DNA of 63,943 nucleotides, counting the filler, from Parasitella parasitica NRRL 2501 (lineage: Eukaryota > Fungi > Mucoromycota): NCBI GenBank assembly GCA_025201805.1. It is 9 parts of 9 records of this genome, joined end to end, with 100 filler letters (N's around TTAATTAATTAA, not from the genome) between each part and the next. Parts side by side here need not be neighbours in the genome. Positions count along the whole stretch, not along the records: positions 1 to 30,163 come from MU619438.1; 8 more parts are not named here. The stretch is one strand, 5' to 3'. The translations under genes and the position numbers were made by a program. Of the stretch, positions 13,360-28,769 are shown one piece after another (position 1 is the stretch's first letter; every line of letters starts with the position of its first letter). Below the pieces are notes generated by a model that was not told the DNA's origin, ran no database searches, and was given only the letters and a program-made list of their open reading frames with translations.

Positions 13360-15543
13360 TGTTTTTTTTTCAGTAATGTATTTTAGATGGAAATAAAAAG
13401 GAGAGGAAAATGAGGCAATTCATTCAAGACAAATTTATACCTTTTTTTCCAATGGAGATTTACCCGAGTAGAAAGGAAAAAAAAAAGAAAAAAAAGAGAC
13501 AGGGTCTATGCCAACGATCCAATCATACCTATTACAAAGGTTTCTGGGGCAACACGGGGAAGCGGATATCCATTCAACTAGGCTTCACATTTCATTCAGG
13601 GTCTTGTCCAGTTTTCTTGTTTATCCCTATGGTTTCGAGAAAAAAAAAACTTAAAGAGGTTTTTTCTTTCCTGGAAGAGAGAGGGAAAAAGAGCACTGTC
13701 TTTTCCGTAAAAAACATCATGTCTGGAGTGAAAAAGCCTCGGACGAATGCATTTACGGTTTAACGTTTATAGAATGATTTCATAATCGCATGATTATGTA
13801 ATCCAACAAGACCCTGGCAACCAGTGGATTCCCTGGACTGTCTGGACTCTGCTGCGAATGAACCCTGTTTTAACTAGACCCTCTCTCATTTGGACCTTCT
13901 CATTAGATAATTCCTATTCCTCCCGCTCAGACATAGAAGTCTAAGCATTCAGTGGTCTGATGCTTATTATGAATCGTTTGATTTAGAAACTTTTTGATTC
14001 AAAAAAAAAAAAAAAAAAAAAGTGGGTTGAATAATATATTATTTGCTGGTTCAATCTAGTCTACTCTGTTAAAATAGTACTTGAAGCCTCGCACAGCATC
14101 CAGGCCGTGTTCTACCAACGAATAGTATAGTTGGTGTTGCTCCAAGTTAAATTCAGTGCCATCTTTGTTCAACGCGTAACAATAAATTAACGTAAATCTT
14201 GATCATAAGAATGAATAAACTAGTCATTCATTCCATTGACAATGTGATTTTGACCGTACCCGGAATGCAAGACTTGACATCCTCAGTTTATCAATGCCAT
14301 GTCAGTACTATGAAACTAGATTGAAATTTAGAAATTGTTAACGCCTAGATGGCTTCGGGTAGCTTATCTCATTTTCATCACGCCTGCAAATGAATAATCA
14401 AAGTTACACCTGTCATACATGACTATATTACAGCGAAATCTTTTTGTTTACTATCACTTGGCGGTGCTAAGCTTATTAATCCTAAATATTTGTCGTTCTG
14501 CCGGTATTCATCATGGTGTGCAGTGTTTCGTGTCTGGAAATATTGGACATGATAGACAACGCTGCAAATGATTTAGTAAGAAACCCTCACAATGCCAACT
14601 AGATTTAGAACAAGCCAGTTTTTTTTTGTGGCGCTGGTTTTTATGGCATCAACATCCTCAATATTCTGCATCGATGGATTGTCCAAGCGGGGCAGGAACA
14701 ATTACTTTACACCCATCCTCCAAAAGTTTGTTATGAACAACCTACAGTGCAATCCTTATTGAGATCCAAAACGACATGCCTGACGAGAAGATTAACCCAA
14801 TATAGCGTTCATGTGTTTGGACGTTACAGAGTGATGAATTCGTGACCCTTATGTAAAGGAAAATACGAGCTAGTTGCTTAGCCAATGAGACAATTTGCTA
14901 GATGCTCCAGATGTAGTTGAAGTATTTTTCCAAGATACAAAGAATTTAAAATTCTTGTGAAAACATGAAATGGAAGAGGATCAAGTAAACAGCTTCAGCT
15001 CTAAGCTACATTCGAACGTAACGAAAAGGCAAACACGTGTATTGACTCAGAAGACGAGTCTCGATCAAAAGGATTTTGAGCAATGAGCTTAAGTTGATCT
15101 GCATCGAGCCGTGTCAACTGTTTGACTTTTTTTTTTCCCAATTGCTATTACAATATTACTTTTCAGCATTTAGCAAGCATTGCAACGTTTTTCGAGTCAG
15201 AATGTGCTCTCAACCGCTCACCAAATTTTGTGTGTATTTCCTGCTCGACCTCGCGTAAATATACGTATTTTTTACTCTTTTGAATTTTCAAATCCAATGG
15301 CTCCAGGTACGGTTACAGAGTCTAATGATCGAGATGCTCGGGCTATTTATAGTTTAACAATTTCTATTTGACCCAACAGCAGCTACCAAGCCTCCTCTCC
15401 TCCATCTCTCGCTTGTACCCCCCCCCCTTTTATTTGGATATCTTTTTTCCCTCCCCCTTTTTATGTACATTCACTCTTTTTGTGTGTTATAAAATACTAT
15501 ATTCTTTAGATTTAATTTCTTTATTCTTCTTTTACCAGCTAGA

Positions 15544-16208
15544 ATGAGACGAGGTATTACGTTATATGTTACTCTGAGCGGCATCGCATACTAAACCTTG
15601 AATATATGTGCAAATATAGAGGAACAGGAGGCAGAGAGGGAAGAGGATTCTCGACTACTGGGAGATCATCCCATGCCGCCGCAAGCACCTCGATTGTTTT
15701 CGGATTACTCGCTTTCGACAAACAACAGCCATGAGCCATTTGAATCAACCGAGATGCTGGATCGAACTGACAAGATCGAAAAGACCATCAAACCACCAGA
15801 GAAGCCGCCACTGAAAAAGAACCTGTTATCATGGCTGCTCCTCCATCGACGAACAAAGCAGAACGGAAATGAGCCTCGCGTCATCTACGTTAACCAGCCT
15901 CAACTTGATCAAAAATTTATGCAAAATGGAGTTTCTACAGCAAAGTACAACCCCATTACATTTTTGCCCAAGTTCTTGTATGTCGAGTTTAGCAAATCAG
16001 CCAATCTTTTCTTTTTATTTATCTCTGGCATTCAGGTAACGATCCGCATTTATTTACACATGCGCTATGCTCACACACACACACACACACACAAACACTT
16101 GTAGCAAATTCCAAACATTTCGCCTACATCTCGCTACACCACGCTCATACCTTTGGTCATTGTGCTTTTGATCACTGCGATTAAAGAAATCATTGAAGAC
16201 TATGTAGG

Positions 16209-16245
<37 letters not shown>

Positions 16246-19200
16246 GACACATCTAGTGCAACAGATCCATTTTAACTTATGAAATGTGTTTGCACATTTG
16301 TAGGGTGTCCATAAATCAGATCATCAACTCAATGCTCGTCGCTGTAAAATATACGACGGTAGCCAGTTTGTGTCCAAGAAATGGAGAGATGTCAAAGTAG
16401 GCGACATCTGCCGCGTTGAAAGCAAAGAATTCTTCCCAGCGGATCTGATTCTTTTAAGCTCGTCTGAGCCAGAGGGTCTATGCTATATTGAAACGAGCAA
16501 TTTGGATGGGTAAGAGTACAGCAATAGTAAAATGCGTCACGGCATGCTAAAACTGTTCTATTGCACAGTGAAGTGAATCTAAAGATAAAGCAAGCTTTAC
16601 CTGAAACAGCATCCTATCTGTCGCCTTCTGATGTTAGCAATTTGGCTGGTATTTTAAGGTGTGAACAGCCAAACAACAGGTTGTACAATTATGATGGTAC
16701 ACTCAGTCTAAAAGTAGATGACAAAACACAAGATTTTCCTCTGGATCCTTCAAAGTTGCTACTTAGAGGGGCCCAGTTGCGAAACACCAGCTGGATCTAC
16801 GGTATTGCAGTCTTCACCGGCCATGAGACCAAGTTGATGTTGAACTCCAGGTATGTTATTTTCGTTTTGTTTGATATCTATCGTATGCTTAATACATACA
16901 ACATAGTAAAAAGCCTACCAAAGCTTCCAACGTAACTCGCATCACCAACCGCAACATTCTCTATCTATTTACAATGCTAGTCATCATGAGCATTCTGTGC
17001 TCGGTTGGTAACCTCGTCACCTCAACAAAAGCTGGAGATCATTGGAGCTACCTACAGATTCCAGAGACTGAACGTGCACGGGAATTTGGATTCTGTATCC
17101 TTACATTCATGATTTTGTTCAACAGTTTTATTCCTATCAGTCTGATGGTAACCATGGAGATTGTGAAATTTGTGCAGTCCATCATGATTGACAACGACCT
17201 CGATATTTACTATGCGAAAACCGATACTCCGGCAGTTGCCAGAAGCAGCAGTTTGATAGAAGAGTTGGGGCAGGTTGAGTATGTGTTCTCAGACAAAACT
17301 GGCACATTGACTTGCAATGAAATGGAATTTCGAGAGTGCTCTATTGCAGGTCTATCGTATGCGTCCACCGCGGATCCCGAAAGAAGACCGACATCCGAAA
17401 ATGATCCCAAAGCACAGTATTCATTTGAACAGCTGGAAGACCACTTGGAGAAATCTCAACACGCGCACATCATACATGAATTTTTGACCTCTTTAATGAC
17501 ATGCCACACTGTGATACCGGAAGTTGTAAAGGACACAGATGATATTGTCTACCAAGCATCTTCGCCCGATGAGGGTGCATTAGTGCAAGGCGCAAGCCAT
17601 ATATTCAAGTACCACTTTTACGCAAGACGTCCACATTCTATCCACTGCAAAATTCAAGGGCAAGATGTGGAGTTCAACATTTTGAACGTGTGCGAGTTTA
17701 ATTCAACGAGAAAGAGAATGTCGTTGGTGCTGAAGGGACCTGACGGCAAAATCAAACTGTACTGCAAAGGCGCTGATTCGGTGATACTGGAACGACTAGC
17801 ACCCAGCGATCCGTTTGAGGAGCAAACTTTGCATCACCTGGAGGAATTTGCCTCAGAAGGTCTTCGCACTTTATGTTATGCAATGCGCGAGGTTTCGCAA
17901 GAGGAGTACGATCATTGGTCGACTATTTATGAAACAGCAGCAACTACACTCACAAATCGCGCTGAAGAGTTGGATAAAGCAGCGGAAATCATTGAAAAAG
18001 ACATGACTCTGCTGGGCGCTACTGCTATTGAGGACAAGCTTCAAGAAGGCGTTCCTGATACGATCCACACTTTACAGCAAGCGAATATCAAGGTGTGGGT
18101 GCTGACTGGCGATCGTCAAGAAACTGCAATCAACATTGGCTACAGTTGCAAGCTGCTGACCGAAGAGATGGACTTGCTGATCTGCAATAAAGACGATTAC
18201 GCATCCACGCAGGACTTCCTTACTCAAAAACTGAACGAACTCGAGCACGACATGGCTAGGGATACAGATGTGCCTGAAGTAAGTTGATCCATATTGGGAA
18301 ACTACCGCTGCACGTATAAACATAGTGTACTGATTTTTGCCTGCAGCTGCACGCTCTGGTGATCGAAGGAAAAGCATTAACATTTGCGCTGGAGAAAAGC
18401 ATGGAGCGTCTCTTCTACGATGTTGCTACTCGTTGCAAGGCAGTCATATGTTGTCGTGTGTCTCCATTGCAAAAGGCGCTTGTTGTCAAATTGGTCAAGA
18501 AATACTCTAATTCTATTCTTTTGGCTATCGGCGATGGCGCTAATGATGTGTCTATGATTCAGGCAGCTCATGTGGGCATTGGCATCAGTGGCGTAGAAGG
18601 TCTCCAGGCTGCTCGCAGTGCTGACTTTGCGATTTCTCAATTCAGATTCTTGAAGAAACTGCTCTTGGTTCATGGATCGTGGGCATATCAAAGGCTCAGC
18701 AAAATGATATTCTTTTATTTCTATAAGAACGTGGCATTGTACTTGACACAATTTTGGGTAAAGAAAAACAAAACAAAACAAAAAGACAGATGGAAACAAC
18801 AGCTAATTTGCTTTTAACGCCATGTTTATAGTATGCCATTTTTAACGGATTTTCAGGCCAAACACTCTACGAATCGTGGACAATGTCTTGCTTCAATGTG
18901 TTCTTTACCATACTGCCACCGATGGCTATTGGTATCTTTGACCAGTTTGCATCGGCTCGCTTGCTAGACAAGTATCCTCAGATTTATATATTGGGGCAAA
19001 AGAACGAATTTTTCAATCAGAAAAGGTTTTGGGGCTGGATCATGAACGCCGTGTATCATTCTGCTGTAAGTTTAACAAAACACTGTCCATGTAACTGCAT
19101 TATTAATGCGAGTTGCTGCTTGTAGTTGCTGTTCTTTTTGGGCATGGCGGCATTTAGAAGAGACGAAGTCTTTGGCGGCGTTGGCTGGTCGGGGGGGCAA

Positions 19201-19829
19201 TGGTGGGTTGGCACTACTATCTTTACGGCAACGTTGGCTACTATTTTATGGAAAGCTGCCTTGATTACAGAGTAAGTCATGTTGCCTGGTATTTTTCTCG
19301 TCTAATGTTGACAGTTTACGCATCTAGCATATGGACGAAATACACTGTGATAGCTATCCCTGGATCCATGGTAATCTGGTTCATATTCATGCCGTTGGTA
19401 TCTTATGTTGGGCCACTCTTGCCATGGGGTATCTTTTTGGAATACGTTGGCATTGTGCCTCGATTGTTTGGAAATGTCAATTACTGGCTATTCTTCATAT
19501 TGATACCATTGGCTTGCAATCTGAGAGACTATCTATGGAAATAGTAAGTTGTGTTTTCAAGCTTGTTTGAAAAAATCATATGCACTAACTTGGGACATAG
19601 TTATAAACGCATGTATAGAACAAAAAGCTATCACTACATCCAAGAAATACAGAAAATGAATCTGCCCGACTATCGTCCGAGAATGGACCGTTTTAGGCAA
19701 GCTGTGAACAAAGTAAGAAAGATCCAAAGATTGAAACTGTCGCGAGGATACGCCTTTTCCCAAAACGACTCAGATCAGACCAAAATCATCCGAATGTATG
19801 ACACGACACAACAGAAACCATCAGGATAA
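15544..19829 (+). CDS. DRS2: P4-type ATPase phospholipid flippase, Drs2/ATP8A-like (multi-exon)
   Basis: STAKY, ETSNLDG|[43 protein letters not shown]; C-terminal GYAFSQ autoinhibitory motif. Confidence 0.93.
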
Positions 19830-20240
19830 CTATTTTAATATTAATCAATTAATAAAACCGTCTTTCTCCTTTGACGAATAATACGAGCTCCACTAGCAGA
19901 CTACGACCTTTGATGGAGGGCCGTTTAATTGAGGTATTTGTATCTTTTTGCAGGCATCTTGAAATTGACAAATGTTGAAAAAAAAAATACTGGACCTTTA
20001 ACCGAGGCAGGACCTGTAGCATTTCAATAGCCTATTTTGCTTTCTTAACATTAGAGAAAATAATGGCGTAGTTTGTTTAATTTCCCGCTTTTAGGGTGCT
20101 GCAAGTGGCAATGATGTTATTTGGGAACACAGAGCCCAGAGAGATCATTTTAATTCAACACAGTTAAAAAAAGAACTATTTCGTTTTCTTTCCTTTTCTT
20201 TCTTTCTTTTTTTTCTTTAATCATATTCAAGAAAACGAAA

Positions 20241-21707
20241 ATGTCAGAACCCCAAAGTAAGCCTGTCGACGAACTCATAAAGTCTTCTGCTCCTGCTGCT
20301 GAACAAGCAGCTGAAGAACAAGTGCCTATCACTTTGCCTGCTTCAAATGACCCGCCAACGCAAACCACCAATAGCCCCGAAAACAACAATACAAATGTCG
20401 AATTAACTGGCCACGTCAAGACTTTGAAGGATGCATTTCCAGACTTGGACGTAGATGTTATTGAAACCATTTTGGCAAGCCAAGGTGGGAACTTGGATGC
20501 CGCGTTTGAAGTGTTACTGAACATGTCAGATCCTACTTACAAGCCTGAGCCAAATCAAGCAGAAGGCATGAATCAATTAAGACAAGATGAAGAATATGCA
20601 AGACGCTTGGCGCGAGAAGGTGATCCTCATTATCCCCAAAATAACGCGCAACAACCGACAGGGCAGCCTCAATTTAGCCTCCAAGGTAAGCCTTTTTCTT
20701 TTTCTTTTTTTTTGTGGAGATAAGGAAATTTTCCTCTGAATTGGCATGAAATGTAGACGAGTTAGCGCCTATCAAAGAAAAGGTAATCGAAGCCGGAACA
20801 GGTAAGTGCAGCTCATTGTTGGAGCTATTTAATAGCCCCTGACATTTATAATATCTCCCCAGCTGCCAAGAATAAAATCATGAATTTCTACAACCAATTC
20901 ATGGCTCCTGACCAGACTTCGCAACAGCAACAAGGCCAGTCTTCGCAAAGTGGTGTTTTGGAATCTAGGATGGGAAACCTAAGTCTTTCGGATAATCGTC
21001 CAACACAACAGCAATCTAGACCCACTCCTCCCTCGGCTACGTCGAGAGGCTCTGTTGATTTGTATGAATGGGATGGTAGCGCACAATCTCCTATTAATAA
21101 CCCATTGCTATCCACGAGAAAGGAGTCTGTAACTTCAACCTCTGCCGAACAGCTCCTATCTGATGAAGAATTTGCCAGACAATTGGCTAGAGAAGATACT
21201 GAAGGTTTGTCTCCTGCTGTCACATCAAGTAAGTATTTTATCGTTGTAAGAATGCGGAAATTAATGGCAACCTACACAGATACTCATCCTGCCACCACCA
21301 CAACTGATACTGACACTGCTGCTGCTGCTGCTGCTGCTGTTGACTCACCAGCAATTGCAAACAAAAATGCGAAATCTACTATTAGTTCTGATAATGAGGA
21401 AGGTTTGTCATCTCCATTCATGCGTGCGTGAAATACAGCTGTTCTGACTTTCCTATTTTTAGTTACTTTTTCAGCATTAGAAGATGATCCTGAAAAGGTT
21501 ACCCGGTCTATTGATCACGCTCGCGCCGAAGATGATGACTTGGATGATCTTTTTGATAAGCAAGGTAGTATTCATAAGTTGCACATGAAAAGAAAAAAAA
21601 AAAGCCAATGTGTCTCTAATGTGTTTATAACAGATTCGAATTTGGAGTTAAGCGTAGAGTCCGCTAATTCTGTTGACAAGGAGACGTCAAAGGCTAGCAA
21701 AAAGTAA
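20241..21707 (+). CDS. CUE-domain ubiquitin-binding protein (Cue5-like; multi-exon)
   Basis: LKDAFPDLDVDVIETIL..AFEVLLNMSDP CUE domain; two QL..DEE(Y/F)ARxLA motifs; 3' exon structure approximate. Confidence 0.75.
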
Positions 21708-21872
21708 AAAAAATCTATCACTTTTGCATAAATAACACTCGCACAAACCCAACGCAGCCCACCAAGCTGCGCTTTCTGAGTAAAGTTTGCATGTGATTCT
21801 TGTACTTTATAAACAAGCTTTTTGAGGACAGCTCAAAATTTTACCTCTTCTTCTTATCCGATTAGTACACAA

Positions 21873-22865
21873 ATGTCTTTGAAAAGTAAACTTTTCTGAA
21901 TTAATAAAACACTGGATCATATTAACATTACTCCCATCTTGTCAGAATATACCATAAGCGACTTGCTCAAGCTGAGATACTCTACAGATGCTTCCCAAGA
22001 CACATTTTTTCAATGGGAGGGTTCCATATTGTATGTCATAATTCCAATAACAATGCTCGATATTTATGCCATTATCTTAGCGCATTCATTCCTGGTCAAG
22101 CACCCAAAAAAGTATTCAAATGCATTGGTATGAATGTATCAAAGGCCAAAATAGAGGAAGGCAAACTCAAGGTCAGTGGAAAAGAGCTTACATACTATCT
22201 CGACCCACTTACTGGGGCTAAACTGGACTTTTGGGATAATCCATTCACAAACGAAAAGTTGCCTGGTATAAAAAAAAAAAAAAGCATTGAAATTCGCATG
22301 GATACATACTCATCCTCTCCTAGTCGTTCATATTGCCAATAATCCTGTACAGATGACACTTCCAACCGCATATCCTATGGATGTGCGTCAAAATAAGTTT
22401 GGTGCATCGGCCACTATTGTCTCGGAAGTTCCTTTGTCTTACCCTAATCCTCTTTATACTGGGGATCATAGGTTTGATGCCTTTGATAGCAACGCAATGT
22501 ACGAAGCCGGCGAGTTTTTTACGTTCAAATGTGCTTCTGAGAAACTTGATCAGCCAGAAACAATCGACCAAGTTGAGGTGAACTGGACTCGTGTATCCAA
22601 GTTCGCGCCTTTTATGAAGATGGGAGGGAAAGATGGCTATTTGGTTTATCATTGCACTGGCTATAAGCTTCCACAGAATGCTACAGCGGATGATCTTGAT
22701 CCCCTTTTAGCCAAGGAAATCAGGAACTCTGTACCAGAATATGCAACAGCAGACGAATACAACCCTGATGCTAAAAGCGTATCTAGCTGGTCTTACTTTA
22801 AAGAGCATTTTGATCGTTACCAAAAGAACCCTGAAGCTATTTGGCCCATTCCTTCAAAAGAATAA
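21873..22865 (+). CDS. DUF1838-like protein (4 exons)
   Basis: Spliced reading WEGSIFAFIPGQAPKKVFKCIGMNVS..ELTYYLDP..WDNPFT..VHIANNPV..EFFTF..WTRVS..PFMKMG resembles the DUF1838 family as recalled. Confidence 0.65.
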
Positions 22866-22949
22866 ACAACGTTTGCTTGGTTCGGTTATTTTATTATGAA
22901 TCTAGATTTATTGCGCAAATGTGTGATGAATGTCGATAGTTAGTATGGT

Positions 22950-25900
22950 TTACTTCATATGTGAAATGTATTGGAAGACATAAGAAACAATTCCTTTCTG
23001 TGCTTCTGTCATTAAGATGGGATCAGGTAACTTGTGCAGCTCTCCGTTATAATGATTCCATCTAAATCAACGGTGTTAGGTCTATGCGAAACAAATGGCT
23101 AGAAAAGTCAGTGACTTACGTGCTGGAGTCACCGTAGTTCATGCTTTCAGCAGGTGTATGCTGTTTACCCAGAATGCAACGCTTGCATTTAAAGGTATCA
23201 TGAGTCTCGCTCTCGCTCTTGGTATGGAGTGTAAATAGTCTACGCATATCAGCTACTGAAAAGTGTCTCTCCATGTCTGTTGCTTCGTCCACGACACAGT
23301 TGGAAAGTGATTGTTTATGAGATTGGCGCTGAAAGATCTTTTCCTCGATGGTGCCAGAAGCAATAAAGCGATATATAAAACAATCCTTTTTTTGGCCGTC
23401 TCTCCATACACGAGCCAACGCTTGCTGATCAGCAGCAGGATTCCAATCAGGATCAAACAACACTAATCGATTAGCTCCAATCAAGTTTAGACCACATCCA
23501 CCAGCTTTACTGCTCAGCAGGAACACAAATTCGTCTCGCTCGGGGTCATTAAACTGATCTACAAGCTTTTGTCTTTTGCCAATGTTCATAGAGCCATCTA
23601 ACCGAAAGACGCCGTACTGATTTTGCTGACAAAAGGATTCAAATATATCCAACGTTTGAGTGTAATTGCTGATGAGCACAATCTTGTCTTTGGTTTCCTT
23701 TTTGATTTTCGCTAGCATCCGAGCCAGAACAGCGAACTTACCAGATAATGCCGCATCAACTTTGCCTTGCTGGAAGTAATTGGACGGTAACGCAGACTGG
23801 CAGCCCTGCAAGTCCTCAGGCAAGTTCAACAATTTAGGATGGTTACAGAGTTTTTTCAGTAATGTAATGTTCTACATGCAGTGCGTTAATAAATTGCGCA
23901 AATAAAACGGAGCTTATCATGTGTTTACTTTCAATGCTTGACACCCTCCGCCACGCATTAATGATTTCATTTCAGGCGATTCCAAAAATATATTGTACAG
24001 CGACTCTTGCAGAGGTGCCAACTTGCAAAATACAACGTGTTCGTATTTGACAGGTACTAAAAAACAAAAGTAAAAGTATTAGTGATGAAAAAAAAAAAGA
24101 CTGTAAACTCAGGCTAAACTTACAGTATTTTGTCAAGATGTCATTAGTTCTACGAATCGTAAATTTAGAGACTATATTCCAGAATTCAGACACTTTTTCG
24201 TCGCTAATTTCTCTTTCTTTTTCAGTTGCATCTGCATCACGGCCCCTCAAGATTGGATTTTCATAGTTTCTTCGGAACTCATTTGGTGTTCCAAGTAGAC
24301 CTGGATTTGCAAAGTCAAGCAATGCATAGTATTCGCTCAGATCGTTTTGGATTGGTGTCCCTGAAAGGATGACTCTTCTTGTTACATTCAAACTATTCAG
24401 CTCTTGAAATAACTTTGATTCCCGGTTCTTTAAGCGATGGCCTTCATCACATAGTAAAACACCAATGGATGTCTTTTGCAAGTATTTGGTATAAGCTCTT
24501 AAACTTTCGTAAGAGATGATGAGTATAGAGTTCTTGCTTTGGTTAGCGCCCCATCGTTTAACTGCTGCAATTTTTTCTTTGCTGCCTCCAACGTCTACAG
24601 TTAGAGGTTGCACACGAGTAGCACCAAGCCATTTCACTAGTGATAAATCCATTAAATAAATATACATACATATATTTTTACATAGCATGCTGATTAAAGT
24701 CATTACCAAACTCATTTGCCCAATTCTTGACAAGACTTGACGGGCATGTAATGATTGCTTTTTGGATGGTAGGTTTTCCGGCTTCCTCAGATTGTTGCAG
24801 TAGAGTCCAAACTAATGTAATACATTGAAGTGTTTTTCCTAACCCCATCTCATCCGCCATAATACATCCATAGGCTTCGGGATAAACTTTTCCAGTTGCA
24901 CATTGATACAGAAACTTGACTCCTTCAATTTGATGTGGCCTCAGTACTCTTGTCAATGCTGGATCAACCACTACATGTACAAGTTTTCTCTTTTCTTTCT
25001 TCAATCCCAATATCTCTGCCAAGGATTTTCCCTTTTTAGGTTTATCTGTCGTAATCTTGATTTCTTCAGGAACAGGTTGATTATCAGGATCCCACAGTAC
25101 GATTGCGCCGTCGGTGGTGTGGTCGTAAAGAGCTCTCAACATGTGCCCTGCTCTTCGTCGAATGCCCAATGTCTTTTTTTCTCCATACGAACTGCTAGCT
25201 GGTGGTATAAATGCAATTGATGACGATGGTTTCTTTTCAGCAGATTTCAGCAGCTTTCTATCAGCGGATGCTGCTGTAGTAGCTGTGTTGCCTGTCATTA
25301 TAGTAGGCACCTTGAACTTTTTACTCAATATAGATCGAGCATCATAGTTTTTAGTCATACGACTATTGGGTAAAGGCGAAAACTTTGTGGTAGTATGCTT
25401 TGTGATGGTATTGTTTGAAATGCTTTTCAATGCTGTTCTTGGTTTCTTGGCTACATGTTTAGGATCATCATCCACATCAGCACTGTTATCGCTATCGTTG
25501 TAATCAGACTCGTCGCTGCTGACAGCAGCTATAATTCGTTTTCTATCAATAGTTCGAATTGATAGCTTTTTAGTAGTTTGGAATTCAACGTCTGTGTCTT
25601 TTTCATCATCATCATCGCCATCCTCTTCTTCATCACTGCTATCTACCTTTATCGGTTGATTTTTGCTTACAGATTTCACCACTGTTGTCTGCTGTTTGTC
25701 TCTTTGTTCTCCTGCATCACCATTATTGATCTTTGATGACTTTTTTTTTACTACAGGCTGAAATTCGTCGTCTTCTTCGCTTTCATCACTGCCATCTTGT
25801 ATTACAGATTGTTTTCTTTCCACTTGCTTTTTTATTGTAGGGTGGTACTCATCTTCATCTTCACTGCTGCTGTCTATATGAACGGGGATAGATATAATGG

Positions 25901-25952
25901 GTTTTTTTTCACGGCTAGATTTTCTCAGCGGTCTTTGTGGTTTGGAAATCAT
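22950..25952 (-). CDS. RAD54: SNF2-family DNA repair translocase Rad54 (multi-exon; an upstream exon is possible)
   Basis: [77 protein letters not shown]. Confidence 0.93.
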
Positions 25953-28769
25953 GTCAAAACCTGAGAGAAAAAGATGCGCAGTTGCTTCTTTTTTTTTTTT
26001 TATCTATGCTTTGATGAAGAAAGAAGCACACATCGCTGCCTTTTTTTTTTTAAAGTCCTTTGGAATTTGGACTTCTCACCTACCTTGGTAATAGTTACAT
26101 GCTGAACAAGTTTATTAGAGCTTCATTCCTGGCTTATTTCTTTTCTGAAATGAAAAGCTGAGGATTTACTTTCTTCTCTCACGTGCACCATTTGTGATTT
26201 TTCAAGATTATCCTGGGTGTTTTGCCATCATTTATTCAGCCAAGGGATTAAAGTTCTGCACTGTGAGGATCTGAATCCAAGACTCGTTTTGATACAAGCC
26301 TTTGTGTTTTTACAAATTCGATTTAAAGTGATCTTAAGTGTCATTTTGTTTCGAGAGCCCATCAAAACGAATGCTACACTGGTATCGTTTTAAATAATCC
26401 ATCATTTGCAATACTTTTGACTTGAATTTAGAAAACAGTTATCAGTATGAATAAAAACCATCTTCTTTTACCACAATTCTAGTTTTTCTTTTTTAGTATT
26501 TGTAACCACTAATATAAGTGAAACTGGTAGCATAGAACCTACTGCTTAACTTTGGTATGCAATCTCTGCATTTATTGTCATAGAGGCATCAGCAGTATTA
26601 CTCTATACATTCACATGCAGTTGCTTCTTTTTATTTATTGATGATGTGGATCTTAAAAGTAAAAGTTTTGATCTGAAAGTTTTTGTTTGCTGCGTGATTT
26701 AGTTAGAATGATATACGAGCACTTGTCAATATTACATCTTCAAGTTCCTTAGTGCTGGTGTAGTAACGATTAGCTGCTACGACAATGCAATAAAATATTT
26801 ACATGTACTGTATGAATAGACATGGTTGAGAAAGTTATAAATAAGGCCCAAAATACGAAATCGGTAGACGGTAGAAACTTGAATCAGATTCTATTTACAA
26901 AAAATTTGGCCGGTTGCTAACTCATTGATATACAAGTGCGCGCAAAATGCTATTCACATAAAATGGTGATCTCAAATATTGAAGTTTTATGTTTAGGAAA
27001 TCAATAATGTAAAACAAGTATAATATTATATTTGCACTCGAATAGTAAAGGTGGAATATCCAGTATTAATTCAAGACGTGCTGCATAGATAACACGCTAC
27101 GTGACATTTACTAGTAGTTGATGACAAATGTCAAACAACAACAGATATACAATAATAATAATACAAGTTAGTTCAGACTTTATTATATAACTATCCAGAA
27201 TTGAGGGACATAGATATTTGATTGTAATAACGCATGTGATATTCGTCTCTAATCCACGCCGATTATTATCATCATAGCTGTAACAACCGAACATTAGTTC
27301 ATTAATAAAGTACAAATAGCAGAGCATGCCTTCCTTTCCTGACATATTCATCTGAAAATTTATATATATATATATATTTTTTTTGTATGAAAGTGTATCT
27401 TTATTAAAAGAAAATTTAAATATGAATAAAGTTATCAGGTTTCAACTAATCGTATTTCGTCTAAATTTAACGAAGTCATTGTTTCTTTGCTAATAACTTT
27501 TGAAATGAACTAGAATTGAATCCCATCATAAAATCTTGTCATCATCCCAATAATAGCAGCTATGGTTGCAAAAGTCAAATGAAAAGCAGGGATACGAATT
27601 GACATATGTAAGTTGTGCCACGAACTAAGCCTGAAAAAGATTAATTCATCAAACAGAAGAAAGCTTCCTAATTGCATCGCATGAGTGAAAACATGTTTCA
27701 AAATACCGTTCCTGATCCATCATCGTTAGATCGACAACGTCAATAAACAACTCAATGACATTCACGCTCGCCTAATATTAGGATAGCTACGATAGAATAA
27801 TTCTATTGTCCTGATGAATGACCATCCCTAGTCAACACAAGTAGTCTGATAGTATACTGATGTGTCAATTTCCCAACCGGAAGTCAAACTCAAGTAAACT
27901 CAATCCTGAACACAATTCAGGAACATATCCCAATAGATCATGTTCCTTATTTATAACTCAACATGACATGTTCATGGACAATAGATACAATATATCGTTC
28001 CATTCTCTAAATCACACCATGTCTCACACTTGTATCTTATCCTCCCATCAGTCCACTTAGATTCACTAGTATATAAACCATCATTTTTTCCATGTAATAA
28101 ACGAGATCTTTACCTGATTAATTCACAACTGTTTTATTTGAATAATTTCTCATTCTGATAAATCATATACTACTAAGCCAGAACGGCTAATTAGAATTTA
28201 TAGCACATGATGTATATTTCAGATATTTCAATACAATAAAAAGAGACTAGTAATAATTCACAGCTTTCAACTATATCCGAACAATAAAAGAAGTATATCA
28301 TTTATTATGATAAAAATACAGGGTATTTATATCTTAAATTATTTTCTACAACTGAGATGGTGGCTGTAATAACCAATAGATTAATGTGATAGTATTGTGG
28401 AATCGGTATAAATTGTTATATGGATTCACGGAAAAAAATTATAATAAAAAAACAATAAAGTCAACTTGATAAAGGTATTAGGTTTTATTATCAAATCGAC
28501 AGGTGTATCAAGCTGCCGTTCATCTACTGGCCAGGTAGATGAACCTTTATATACTTAAACTGTGGATAAATGTTCTACTCTCGCAATTTAACATGTACGA
28601 CAATACTGCGTAACTAGCATCTTAACTTTGTGCTAACCTACATATCAGCAGACTCAAGATAACTTAAATATATTTGAGTCAGGAGATAGACTTTACCCGA
28701 GGTAAGTACCCTGATCAATCTTCTATGCGAAGATTATTAATATCGATCCATAAGCGTATATCATTCCTT

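Noticed and set aside
12638-16092. (GT)n/(CA)n tracts at ~12638 and ~16072 and long poly-A runs
   Set aside because: Ordinary intronic or intergenic microsatellites.
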